38,367 nt of DNA from contig JYFJ02003725.1 in assembly GCA_000934665.2 (NCBI GenBank), positions 1 through 38,367 of the forward strand. The letters are read 5' to 3'. A model generated the notes under the pieces. That model had not been told where the DNA came from and did not search any database. It saw only the letters and a program-made list of their open reading frames with translations. The position numbers and the translations under genes are program-made. Of the stretch, positions 25,359-36,480 are shown in pieces; the first letter of the stretch is position 1; every line of letters begins with the position of its first letter. The stretch is from Catajapyx aquilonaris. Lineage: Eukaryota.

Positions 25359-26025
25359 TTTCCTGATGCATGGAGGTTGATGATGCACATGAGAATTTAT
25401 ACATGAAAGGATGCCATTTGCTTTAGAGCTGTGGCATTTAAAAAACTTTTATCCTATGATCGGAAAACTTACGCAAGAGAGAGGTCATTTATTTGTGAAA
25501 TTTTTTTATTATGCGAAGAATTAGAAAAGTCACATCAGATGGCCTGAAGTTCTATTCAGAAGCAGTTGAGCGATGCCCCATCTAGCTATGAACATAAAAA
25601 ATGTAACTACTGAGATACTACACTCTTCTAAATTCGATGTAAACATGCAGACAATCCCCCTCTCTTTTCCTTCCTTTTTTTTAAATTCTTTCACTGTCAT
25701 GGTAGCATGTAGGAATCGGATATCTGTGGTAAATATTTCATTTTTGTTGTGTTGCTTCTTTCTATGAGAATAAACTCCCTCCCCACACGTAATTGTAATG
25801 GGCAGTGAGGTAACACAAACAAAATAAAATAAATTTGAAGCGTCACATGCAAATTCATACAGGAGAGTGACATATTCTGGTTGGGTAATTTGACAATCAG
25901 CCTGGCAGACATTGAAGATGGAGATGACCCCCCTTAAAACAGGTTCCAGATAATAATAGGGGTATGTCGTGAGCACTTTGAGAGACAGTACTGCAGCCTT
26001 ATGTTGCGAATAGCGTTGATGTCGG

Positions 26026-26170
26026 GAGTAGCAGCAGCGATTGTTGAAATGGGAAGGGATAGCGCATAAGCCCGTCCTTTGCCTCTCTGGTGAGTGGCGA
26101 CAGGAACGCACCCTCATTTGCATAAATAAAAGAAAAAGAAAAGAAAAAAGAAAGATGGCCGCCTGATGAG
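26026..26170 (+). promoter_or_regulatory. Conserved upstream element of unit G
   Basis: ATTTGCAT at 26116-26123; AAGATGGCCGCC at 26152-26163. Candidate UTR intron gtaaga(26252)...ttgcag(26319). Confidence 0.7.
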
Positions 26171-26323
26171 CATCATTGTCGTTCCATTCTCTGGAAGAGT
26201 GGCCTTGACCTGAGTATCCCTCGGCCTACTCTGCCCACACAGTCTCCCAGAGGTAAGAGGAAGTGTCCCTTGATTTGTGTGGTACGACATGACCATGGAT
26301 GACCTCTTGTGTTTTGCAGGAAC

Positions 26324-26548
26324 ATGTCTTTCATCCTGAGGATAAAGAAGGAGGAGGAAGAGGACATCACAACAGAGGAGACCTGGCAGATTCCCTTGAA
26401 GGAGGAGACCCCGTCTTGCTTTGATGGGGGCTCTACTCTCATAGAAGACACACTCCGCGAGGTACAGCAGGAGGAGGAGATGGTGGTGGACATGTCCAAG
26501 GTGGTCGAAGATGAAGACGACCCTTTGGCAGAAGGTTCTGGAAGGACT
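26324..26548 (+). CDS. Unit G acidic exon (75 aa), no cognate finger exon
   Basis: ttttgcag|gaacATG; MSFILRIKKEEEEDITTEE...EDDPLAEGSGRT; donor gtaagc in phase 0. Confidence 0.8.
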
Positions 26549-26571
26549 GTAAGCCACCTGATGAAATTGCA

Positions 26572-26862
26572 CACTGACTACAACTCCAATGAAAGAACAT
26601 TGGCGCTTAACTCGGATGCGCATTTTTTCTTCCGAGAAGGCGTACTTGATGGGTTCAGATAATTGCATAACTTGTTGAATCCAGACTCGAAAGGCTGGTC
26701 CCAGCATTCCATAAGGCCCTGTGCATTTTTTTACTCCTGATGTAACGTACTCATTTTCATCAGACCATTTCTTGGCCCCTCGGTGGACAAATATGGTGCT
26801 TTGATTACTCAGCTTCCTTTCCCGTGGGCAGGAAGGCAGAGAATTACTGGAGAAGGGGGGCA
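26572..26862. repeat. Intronic block duplicated at ~31135-31450 (possibly decayed LINE RT tail, minus strand)
   Basis: CACTGACTACAACTCCAATGAAAG...GGCGTACTTGATGGGTTCAGA...TTTCTTGGCCCCTCGGTGGA is present twice. Minus-strand YGMLG...PIKYA is weakly RT-like. Confidence 0.7.
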
Positions 26863-27277
26863 TACTGACATGATGCAGTAGCTTGATAAAATTATACAGT
26901 AGAATCCGACCTCGAATTATCCTACTTTGCGGTTTATCCGACCGTCCCGCTGATTTCTCATCAAATACTGTAATGCAGGCCTACTAAGCTAGACCGGCGT
27001 ACCATATGCTGATACGCTGGCTTTAAACAATTCTGCTGGCGGAACTATAGCGTTTTCCCACTATGTAATGTGGTTTCTGGGTGGCTTTTAAAAATTTTCT
27101 CTCACGTAAAAATAAATCGCGAATTTTGGACTCCAAAATCTTGCTTGCAACTTGTCAACTGTGTCCTTTGCGGGTTTTTGCCGCCTCCCGAAACTCTTGA
27201 AAATTCCCTCAAAATGTCCACGGTCTGTAGAGTAGGTGAAAATGTCCATCTCACCAGTCTTTCTTTGTTGTGGTTAG

Positions 27278-27542
27278 CCACATGCCAGAAGGTCCAAGAG
27301 CCGGTCACATCGAACACCGCGTCCGAGGTTGACCGGCGAAGATGAGCCAACTCCTGGCTGTTCAACCTGGGAGGAACTGGAGGAGCCAAACTCATCAGGA
27401 GATGAAGAGGCAGGTGACGGCGCTCTGGCGAATTTGCTGCTAACATCAGCCACAATGCCCTTAGCCGGCCTGGAGCCCCATGAGATGGAGTCGCTCCTCT
27501 TTCAGGGCATGGAGGATGACGCGGAGGTGGATACTCCTACAG
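27278..27542 (+). CDS. Predicted upstream exon of piggyBac transposase (basic then acidic N-terminus)
   Basis: ctttctttgttgtggttag|CCA; open frame PHARRSKSRSHRTPRPRLTGEDEPT...DAEVDTPT. Donor ACAG|gtaagg (phase 1) joins ctccag|AC at 27752 in frame. Confidence 0.7.
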
Positions 27543-27751
27543 GTAAGGGCTCTTGTTCATATAATAATTGGTCCTTGCATGCATCATACACGTACAGTGT
27601 ACATTTCGCATAATGGCATGTGTTGCATAATTGGGGACATTCTTGGACTGGGTTGGGCCGCAGTTTCTAAAGAATAACTCAATGCATTCCAGTGCAATGC
27701 AAATACATTGCAGGCAAGATTTTGGAGTCCAAAATTTATTATTACCTCCAG

Positions 27752-29421
27752 ACATAGGGTTGCGGTCATCTGTTTCTCCAGGGCCATCTAGTGCTGGAGA
27801 TGCCAGCAGTGGACAGGTGGCTCCATCCACATTGGCTCCTCCAGGTGGCCGAGGACGGAAAAAAAGAAAAGCAGATGGTGCAGATGCTGGTGCAGATGAA
27901 GGGGGAGGGGGCCAAGGAGACTGGAGGTGGGAGGAATTTCCAGGGCCAGATGAGCGAAATGCTAATGCTAATTTGCCTTTTGCCGGCCCTCCTCCAGGCT
28001 CCTTGGCCACTGCGGAAGCAGAAGCAGCTTCCACTGTAAGTGATTTTTTCTTTCTATTGGTAACTGAGGACATTATTGATGAGATCATCAAGCAAACCAA
28101 TCAATATGCTCGGGAGACTGGAAAAAATGTACATTCTACAGGGAGAAAAACAATAAAGTGGGTGGATGTTGATCGAGCAGATCTCCTGGCATTTTTTGGT
28201 TTGCTTATTGCCATGGGCATAGACAGGCGCACTTCAGTGAAAGATTTCTGGTCAACGCATCCCGTTTTGCACATTGCGTTTTACTCTGGCTGCTTGTCAA
28301 GAGACAGATTTCTCCAAATATTGTATTCATTTCATCTCTGTGACAATCGGGAGGCTAAGCCAATACATGACCCCCATCACGACAAATTATTTAAGATTAG
28401 GCAGTTGCATGATCGCGTCAGAATGCAGGTTGGCAAGCATTTTCATCCCCACCAACAGCTCAGCATTGATGAGATAATGGTGGGGTCGAAATGTAGGCTT
28501 GCCTTCATACAGTACATTCCGAGTAAGCTGACTAAGTGGGGGGTCAAGCTGTTTGTGTTAACCGATGCTGCTACGGGATACATTTTAGATTTCAAAGTTG
28601 ATACCGGGAAAGAAGCCTATGTTTCCCCCTCAGGTCACGGCTTGGCTTATGATGTTGTCATGGATCTGATGAGAAATTACACTTGTAAGAAGTACCACTT
28701 GTATACAGATAATTTCTACACGTCTCCAACGTTGGCCAGGGATCTTGCTTCTCTTGGCATTTTCACCTGTGGAACTGTCCGCTCGAATAGAAAGGGCTTT
28801 CCTTCGGTGTTAAAAAGTGATGATTTGGGACCTGGAGAATCGCACTTCCAATTCTGTAGGGATGTCACCGCTGTGAAATGGCATGACAAGCGTGATGTTC
28901 ATGCGTTGTCTACGATCCATGGCAACTCTGTTGAACCAGTTAGAAGACGAGGGGAAGCAGAGCCTACTCCCAGGCCTGTTCTCATCACCGACTACAACAG
29001 GTACATGGGTGGTGTTGACCTGGCGGACCAGTATCTTTCATACTTCATGCTCAAATTGCAAAACAGGAAATGGTGGAAAATGCTAGCCTTCAGGCTACTT
29101 GACATCGCCGTGCTGAATTCGCTAGTCCTGTATCGGATTGGCAAAGGCTATCCCGAGTTTCCTCAGAAGAACTTTCGACTCGACCTCGTTTTGCAATTGA
29201 TTGAGCCATTGCGTATGAAGAGGGCTGGCCCACCAGTTCAGCCTCTTACTCTACCTGGGTCAACAGACGATGTTCGTCACATGCCCTCAATTATTAAGAA
29301 GAGGAGGAGATGCGTAGGTTGCTTTCCAAGGCATTGCCTTACGACCACTTTCTGCGGCACTTGCAAGCGGGCATGCTGTCTGAAGTCATATAAGGACTAC
29401 CATGATGGTAAATACATGTAA
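27752..29421 (+). CDS. piggyBac transposase (PGBD4-like, DDE_Tnp_1_7 family), main exon
   Basis: Motifs LSRDRFLQI, DKLFKIR, SIDEIMV, KWGVK, YTDNFYTS, CGTVRSNR, WHDKRDV, YNRYMGGVDLADQ, KWWK and a C-terminal Cys-rich domain. Uninterrupted ORF 27631-29421. Confidence 0.95.
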
Positions 29422-29533
29422 ATATTGTAAATAAATTTGTAAATATTGTAAATTGTAAATAATTCAGCTTTACTGTTCTGCCAATAGTTTTTTTTGGGGC
29501 AAAGGACTTGCTTAGCGGATTCCGTTGGGAGGG

Positions 29534-29690
29534 AGTAGCAGTGATTCACCAAGTAGCGGCGACTCTTGAATGGGAAGTGATAGCGCATAAGGCCGTCCTT
29601 CCACTCTCTGGTGTGTGGCGACAGGAACGCACCCTCTAGAAAAAAGAAGAAAAAAAGAAAAAAGAGAAATCGAACATGGCCGACTGAGCA
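29534..29690 (+). promoter_or_regulatory. Degenerate upstream element of unit H (octamer lost)
   Basis: Same block, but ACCCTCTAGAAAA replaces ACCCTCATTTGCAT and AACATGGCCGAC replaces AAGATGGCCGCC. Confidence 0.6.
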
Positions 29691-30168
29691 ATAGGCGTCG
29701 ACTCTCTCTCGAAGTGTGTGTACCCTTGTGTTTGCCAAGACCATGTCACAGCCAGTGTGGATAAAGAAGGAGGAGGAAGAGGAGGACATCACAACAGAGG
29801 AGACTTCTTGGATGCTGCGGTTGAAGGAGGAGGAGGAGGAGACACCTTCTGGCTTTGATGACGGTGGCTCTACTCTGCTCATGGAGATCATGATGAAGGA
29901 GGCAGCAGAGGAGGAGATGGTGGTGGGCATCCCTAGGGTGGTTGGAGATGAGGACGACCCTTTAGAAGCTGGTTCAGGAAGGAACAGTGGCGGGGTAAGC
30001 CACCTGATCAAAAGTGCATTATAATATGTTACGCTGAAGACATCATCAGTCCAAATCATCACTGCAAGATACGTCAGAGGGAGCTGTGCTCACGGGAGTG
30101 ATGGCTTCAAACATGTGACACATTAGCAAGACCTGCTGTTGTGGCCCCAATAAGGATGTAGAGATCCA

Positions 30169-30387
30169 GGGCCGAATTCAGAGAGGTTGCTTAACGTAAA
30201 CGCGACCGATTAAATCCTTTAGTCAGCCTCGATTAGCAAATTTAATCAACCTGCTAATACAAAGACGGCGATTAGCGCTAAACGCCCCCTAATCGCACTT
30301 GCTAGCACTTTTAAATTTGCTATTCGAGGATGACTAACGGATTTAATCGGGCGCGTTTACGTTAAACAACCTCTCTGAATTCGGCCC
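30169..30387. mobile_element. Palindromic MITE with apparent 3-bp TSD CCA
   Basis: GGGCCGAATTCAGAGAGGTTGCTTAACGTAAACGCG ... CGCGTTTACGTTAAACAACCTCTCTGAATTCGGCCC; CCA on both sides. Confidence 0.85.
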
Positions 30388-30514
30388 CCACTATTTAGCG
30401 AACTTAAGTAATCCCTGGTTGCTGGGACCTGATACGTCAAAAGTTCTTTGAAGTTATACGTAAAAAGGGAGCTTTTTGTCAATTTCTTATTTGTAATGAA
30501 AAAGTAGCCAAATA

Positions 30515-31072
30515 CAGTGCTGGACATATTAAGGCCATTTCACACACACAAAAAAACGCGCGGCAGACGGCGCGCATTGCGGCATATTTGTCGCGGGGCA
30601 TATTATTGCCAATAATTAATAATAATTGGCGGGGCAGGCGTTTGCTGCTTGACGCTGCTGCAAAATCTTTTTGTGTTTTGGCCTTTAGCCGTCGCTGAAT
30701 GTTTTTTTTCTGGCGGCGGCGGCGTTACCTGGCAACCCTGTCCGGCGGGCCAATTCAAACATCAGCCCATGGAGAGCGCTTCCATTGTTGCCACTGTTTA
30801 CAAATCGAGTGAGTGACCCCAAAATGACTTATTGCTTCTAACATCATTATTTTTCCCGTTTTCTCCTGCGTATCCCTGCAGATACTGTGTAAGCAGGCAG
30901 AAGAGACCCGTCGCTGGGTCGTCCGCGTCACTCACTCGATTTGTAAACAGTGGCAACAATGGAAGCGGTCTCCATGTGCCGATGTTTGAATTGGCCCGCC
31001 GGACGGGGTTGCCTGGTAACGCCGCCGCCGCCGGAAAAAAACATTCAGCGACGGCTAATATGTCCAGCACTG
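30515..31072. mobile_element. Tc1/mariner-type MITE with long TIRs and TA TSD
   Basis: TA|CAGTGCTGGACATATTA...TAATATGTCCAGCACTG|TA; arms ~145 bp; the left arm is interrupted by a nested MITE. Confidence 0.9.
30532..30684. mobile_element. Nested PIF/Harbinger-like MITE, TTA TSD
   Basis: TTA|AGGCCATTTCAC...GGCCT|TTA. The uninterrupted right arm of the host element shows the empty site. Confidence 0.85.
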
Positions 31073-32088
31073 TACAATTGCTGGGAAAGGAGAGCCAACA
31101 TGGTTAGCAAAGCACACAGCACAACATGTCAAAAACACTGACTACAACTCCAATGAAAGACCATCGGCGCTTAACTCGGATGCACATTTCCTTCCGAGAA
31201 GGCGTACTTGATGGGTTCAGAGAATTGCATGCCTGTAATACAGTTGAATCTGGTTGTAAGACGCGAAAGGCCGGTCCCAGCATTCCATAAGGCCTTGGGC
31301 ATTTTTACTCCTGGCGTAACATACCCATTTTCATCTCACATCAGCTTTAACAGACTATTTCTTGGCCCCTCGGTGGAAAATTATGGTGCTTTTGATTACT
31401 TAGCTTCCTTACCCACAGGCAAAAAGGCAGGGAATACTGGAGCAGGGGGTGATTTTTCCATCTGCCACCGATCTAACCTTTGCATTGCAAGGTTGAGGCA
31501 CACATGTGCTCTGTACAGAAAATTACGAATCACCCTGTGTAATTATTTCTGGGTGAGCTAATTTTGCATGTTTCATTCAATAGTGTGCAGTACGGGCATA
31601 ATATTGAAAGCAGAAAACTTTGCGTATTTATTGCAAAAGTGGTGATAGTGGTTATAACGGACTTATTCCCGCAGTCCCTTTTAGTCTATTATATCAGGAT
31701 CTGGGAAGGATTTTAATAATACCGATGAAAATTGATGTGATTTCACATTCCAGGTTGTGAAGGTGAGAACTGAAGGAGGAGGAGAGAATGGGATCCAGGA
31801 GGACAGGAGCAGTGGAATATGTGAGTGTAGACAATGCCCGAAATTATTTGGCACCCTGTATGATTTGAATTGAACATGATATGGTGGATGATATTGCTGC
31901 CGGATTTGCCAGAAAGAATTTTATGACGCACATCATAAGAAAACTCATATGTGAATTTTCACATGAGAGAAATCGTTCACTTGCGACGTCTGAAATAAAT
32001 ATTGGACAGTGAATTTCTGTGGAGTCTGGTAAAAATTGCTGCCACTACGTGTAACTGTTACTAACTTATCAAGTCAATAATATTAATA

Positions 32089-33866
32089 ATGAACCTGAGG
32101 GGCTACACAAACCCAGAGAGAGTATTAAAATTAATTACAAAAAAATGTAAGTACATAATTAAAAAGTGTTTATCATGGCTTACAGATGTTGAATTTCCGG
32201 CAAATTTTTGAATGAAGACATTTTGAAACCCATTTCAAATTAATTGAATTGAAATAATTGTTATCATAGCACACATTCCGGTGAGGTCTAAATATAGTCC
32301 AGGTCCCAAGCGGAAAAAAACAGGCCGAACTTTGCACTTTGTGATAAGAAGGCACAATTCCAGGTCCATCAGATACCCCTTGTACACCACGTGCTACAAT
32401 TTTTGTTTCCTGTATTTGCAGCTAGTCATCAAGAGCTCTCGGACATCGAAGAAGAACAAGATTTTGTTGACGAGCCACCAGCCAAGAAGGCGAAGGCTGC
32501 TAAAAGTGGCCGAAACAAGCCGGAGATTACTAAACAGATGATAGGGAGAAAGCCTGGTGATGATGATGAGGAGGAGGAGGAGGAGGATGAGGAGATGAGC
32601 GAGGACAACGAAGATCGTGGAACACTACTGAAGCGACTTCTGGAGAAGAAGAAGGAGCACCTTAAAATGTCCGCTGCAACTAATCTGATCCAAAGTGATA
32701 TTGCAAGAGAAGAACAAGAAGAATCTGAAGTGCCTGGTGATGAGCAGCAACAACCAACTGACGTCATGGAAATAACCATGGAACTAATCCAGGCCAAAAA
32801 AAAAATTAATCTATTGGAAAAAGAAAATGCCCAGTTAAGGCGCCAACTGGGTGTCATTCACCAAGGTTAGTTTTCATCAAATTTATGGTGCAACCCCTTC
32901 TAACATGTCCCTTTAATTTTATTACAGCTGCACGCAGTATTAATCTGTATGCGCAAGAAATAGCCGAGATTTCATCTGTACATGGAGAACTTGTAAGTTT
33001 TTGTGGATGCTGCATATGCAATAGAATTATTTCAATTGGAATTTATTGCAGGAAGTTGACACCGCAACTCCAAATTCGAAGCACCAGTACAGGCTACCAC
33101 CACCGCCTGCCTCACATCAACCACCTGCCCAACAACCAAATATGCCAAATATGTTGACGAACAAGGTTAGTCCTAGTAAGGTTGGTTTATTTATGATGAT
33201 GGAGACTATTTCCATTGATAAAGCAGACGAGGGGTGCATTCATCGTCTTTCTTTAACATTGGGTAGTAGCTAGTAAGTCGTAGTAGTAAATGTTGGTTCT
33301 TTGCTGAGCCACTAGCAACCAGTGCGTTATGGACTCTAATAATAATTATTTCCTCAATATTTCAGGTTGAGCTTCTGGATGGGTATGGCGTGTATGTGGA
33401 GGAGGCCCAAAGAAGTTCAATATTTCGGAAGGGGAAAGCGTCACCCGGCGATATGGTGCGGGAAGTTCTAAATGCCCTTCACTCTAAAGAAGAGTTAGGA
33501 GGCCTCACAGCCCTTGGCAGCCGGGGTAAACAACAACTGCCCAAAAGGGAATTAGAACTCATATGCAGTAAGTACCATGCTTTTGGGAGAAAGGATGATG
33601 CATTGTAGGATCGGGCTCTTGACGTGGTATTTTGGCGGGATATGCTGTATTCTGACCCTCGCCACTGAGCAGTCAACATTTTTTTTGACAAGTGCTTCAT
33701 TTCTTTCAACCTATTGATACAAAAATTCCTGTTTTTTTTTCCAGCGCTGGCTGAAGTATTGGGCCATACAGTTACATGGTCACAAATTATTGAGCATGTA
33801 AATAGACGGTGTGCCACTTGCAGGCGCTCGCTGCTACCTTCCCAGAAAGGTCATCCTGCGAGGTAG
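32089..33866 (+). CDS. Multi-exon acidic/coiled-coil/BEN-domain protein (~334 aa)
   Basis: Exons 32422-32865, 32928-32992, 33052-33165, 33366-33567 and 33745-33866 all have GT-AG junctions and join in frame; candidate first exon 32089-32146 is phase-compatible but less certain. C-terminus VELLDGYGVYV...MVREVLNALHSKEELGGLTALG..GKQQLPKRELELIC...IIEHVNRRCATCRR fits the BEN pattern (judged by eye). Confidence 0.8.
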
Positions 33867-34924
33867 CCGAGATTCTGGTAAGGTCAGACAAGTGATGACA
33901 ACTTATGAGTCTGCACACTTGAGGGACACTATTTAGTTGCTAAGTTTGCCAAAACCAATTAAATGACAGTATTTGAAAAAGCTCTATTCGAACCCGCACC
34001 ATGGAGAAACCCTTCAGTTGCAAATGTTGCCAGAAGCTTAATCAGGGAACCAAGATGAAAAGATATGTGTATCAAGTAAGTAACATCACATCACTTGAAA
34101 TTGGTCTCAGCCAATTCAATGTCAATAATAATGGTGATGACGATCTAATTTTTCTGGCTGCTTAGGTTATGTGAAAAAAACTGATAGAGTACCAGTACTT
34201 GCCAGTACCTGTTTCCTGACATGCCCTGACTGTGAGTGAGATGGAAGACAACATGAACAAGAATGAAGATCTGTAATTTCTTTGGCAGAAATCCCAGTTG
34301 GGTTATTCCATGACAAAATGGATAAGATGGTGGCTCTTCCCCCAAGATGACGAGGTGATGACAGAGGTCGTAAACTATTTTTCAAGCCCAAAGTGTCAAC
34401 TGTTGCAAGGATGGTGTCTGACAGGGAGTGCATCACTGGGAAAAATGTGCGGCTCTGCAGGATTCTTATACAGAGTGGACTGGACTGTGTGCTTTGAACG
34501 GTTTCTCTCTTTTCATTCAACTAAAAGGTACTAACTTTATGAACCCCCCCCCTCGTACATTTCCCTTATCAGCAAACCTATGCTTTGTACAAGTTGTTAA
34601 GTTTTGTTGAGAATCATGCAGACAATTTGCATCAATTTTTCCACTTTCTTTCAAATAATTGTCTTCTATGTATAATGGCCTTGTTCTGGCAGGTCTGTTT
34701 TTATTTATTATGCCAACATCTCAAGCAGTGGTCATCATGTGGTAGCTCAGCAAGACAAATTGCTGCAGGTTTTTAATAGTGTGACTTCAAATGACCAAAA
34801 GCAGGCGAAACCTACTTTTTTTAAAAAATTACGGAAAATGTACAATCACACTTGGGCTACTTCCAGAAACATCCTGTACATTTTCACATATTTCATAATT
34901 AAACCAGCCTAAGAGTTGGTTCTC

Positions 34925-35485
34925 GAATTTCAAGTTTTTTTACAGCGATATTTTTGGAAATTAATATAGGAACTTATAGAGGAGGAAAATGGTTCCAAAC
35001 ACATTCATAGGATTTTCAATGAACATGTAAGTATAACTGTTATTATTTGGTAAAGTATATTGTCCTCACCATCAGAGTACGTGTAAGGGATAATCTAGGC
35101 CTAACGCCCAAACGGTAGGCCAGTAGTACTTGAATTTCAAGTTATTACTTTTGAAAATTAATTTAAGGACATCTAGATGAGTGAAAAATGATTCCAGCAC
35201 ATTCATAGTGTAGACACTGTAGAGCATGAACCTGTAGGTGTATCTGTTATTATTTGTGAAATATCTTGTCCTCAACTTCAGCGTAAGTGCAAGCGAATAT
35301 CTAGGCGATGGAATTTACAGGGATCTTTCCGGAAATTAACTCTGGGACTTCTAGACAAGGAAAATTGCTTCCAAGATATACGTTGTTTTCCATGAACATG
35401 TAAGTATTACTGGTATTATTGGTAGTGTATTATTTTTAATCTCCAGAGTATGTATAAGTTTAACAGGAACGAAAATCTAGGCGAC
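34925..35485. repeat. Three diverged tandem repeats of ~180-205 bp
   Basis: Units start GAATTT at 34925, 35132 and 35311 and share AAATTAA, ATGAAC(A/C)TGTA, TATTATT and ATCTAGGC. Confidence 0.8.
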
Positions 35486-35519
35486 GCTATGGCGGTATAG
35501 CTGGGGACAAAAGGGTTAA
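35486..35519. mobile_element. piggyBac-like right terminus
   Basis: GCTATGGCGGTATAGCTGGGGACAAAAGGG|TTAA directly after the tandem repeats; no partner end found in the window. Confidence 0.55.
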
Positions 35520-36224
35520 ACAGGATATTTCATGTAACTTTTTATTTGATCATTCCCGCATTTTGTATCAGATATTCAGCAGGAGCAGTTTGAAAGATGC
35601 TTGAACTATTTTTACGAAATAACTACTTCCATATAAGCAAATATATGTAATTGATTATTGTCAGCCAACAAAATTAAGTGGAAGGTCACCCGAATATTTT
35701 TCTCCAGAAGCTACAGGTACTGGAATTCTACTTGTAAAACAATGAAGCCGATATTTCTTGCAAAGAGATGTGTAAAGAGAGCTACTAAACAACTAAAGCC
35801 TTTAAATGCGACTACAACTGCCCAGCCACAATCTGCCATCCCAGTAATTTGTGGAGGCATGTGATGAACGTTCATAGTGAACAGCCATTGTCCAAATGCA
35901 AATTAATGTTTCCAAAAACAATTTTGTGCACATTGCATCCTTAAGTTTCACATGAAGAGGCATTGCCCCCATTTCATGTGCTCTGACTGGGGGGGAACAT
36001 TTTTACAAAAGTGTTGAATTGCTTGCAAACATGCATGCTTCTCAGTGTCCCATGTTACATACCTGTGAAGCCCTTGTGAAGTATTTTTGTCCCATTCGTA
36101 CCAATGACACACTTCAAATTAGCAGCACGGGGAGCCCTCCCCAATGCGTCAAAAACACACGTAAAATGACCCGCCGAGAATGATCGCGTGACCCTTATTT
36201 TGGGGGTCAAAGGTCAACAAAGGT

Positions 36225-36480
36225 TGGAATAACACACTGTCATTTAATGCATAAATTTACCTCATTTAATGGTACAGTCACCGGCAAAAAAATCACGAAT
36301 CTGGCATATTTGGGTCAAAATGCGCATATTTCACAATTAATTATGCCGTTACGGTAAACGTGACGGTTGTGCTGATTATATTTTGTGATATACTCGGTGA
36401 CCCCCTACAGGCTATGAAATAAAACCTTCGTTAGCTCCGCGTGTAGTTGAGATATGCGAGGTGAAAATATGGCAACAAGC
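36225..36480 (+). repeat. Partial second copy of the internal region of the 505-1134 element
   Basis: Matches ~769-1024 (GGAATAACACACTGT...GGTAAACGTGACGGTTGTGCTGATTATATTTTGTGATATACTCGGTGACC...GAAAATATGGCAACAAGC). Confidence 0.9.

Larger units (their letters stand above)
27023..29510 (+). mobile_element. piggyBac transposon body (termini not clearly resolved)
   Basis: Carries the transposase; TGTAAATA-type repeats at 29418-29462 after the stop. No clean TTAA-CCC TIR pair seen; limits are approximate. Confidence 0.7.
29743..31995 (+). pseudogene. ZF unit H: acidic exon 29743-29994 (open, 84 aa) plus decayed finger exon 31754-~31995
   Basis: MSQPVWIKKEEEEEDITTEE...DDPLEAGSGRNSGG|gtaagc; attccag|VVKVRTEGGGENGIQEDRSSGICECRQCPKLFGTLYDLN followed by stops and indels. 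Confidence 0.75.

Noticed and set aside
27631..27751. N-terminal 40 aa of the 596-aa ORF as the real transposase start
   Set aside because: It starts at TTG and lies inside a predicted GT-AG intron (27543-27751).
29994..32422. Fusion of acidic exon H to the BEN gene
   Set aside because: The donor is phase 0 and the acceptor at 32422 needs phase 1, so direct splicing is out of frame.
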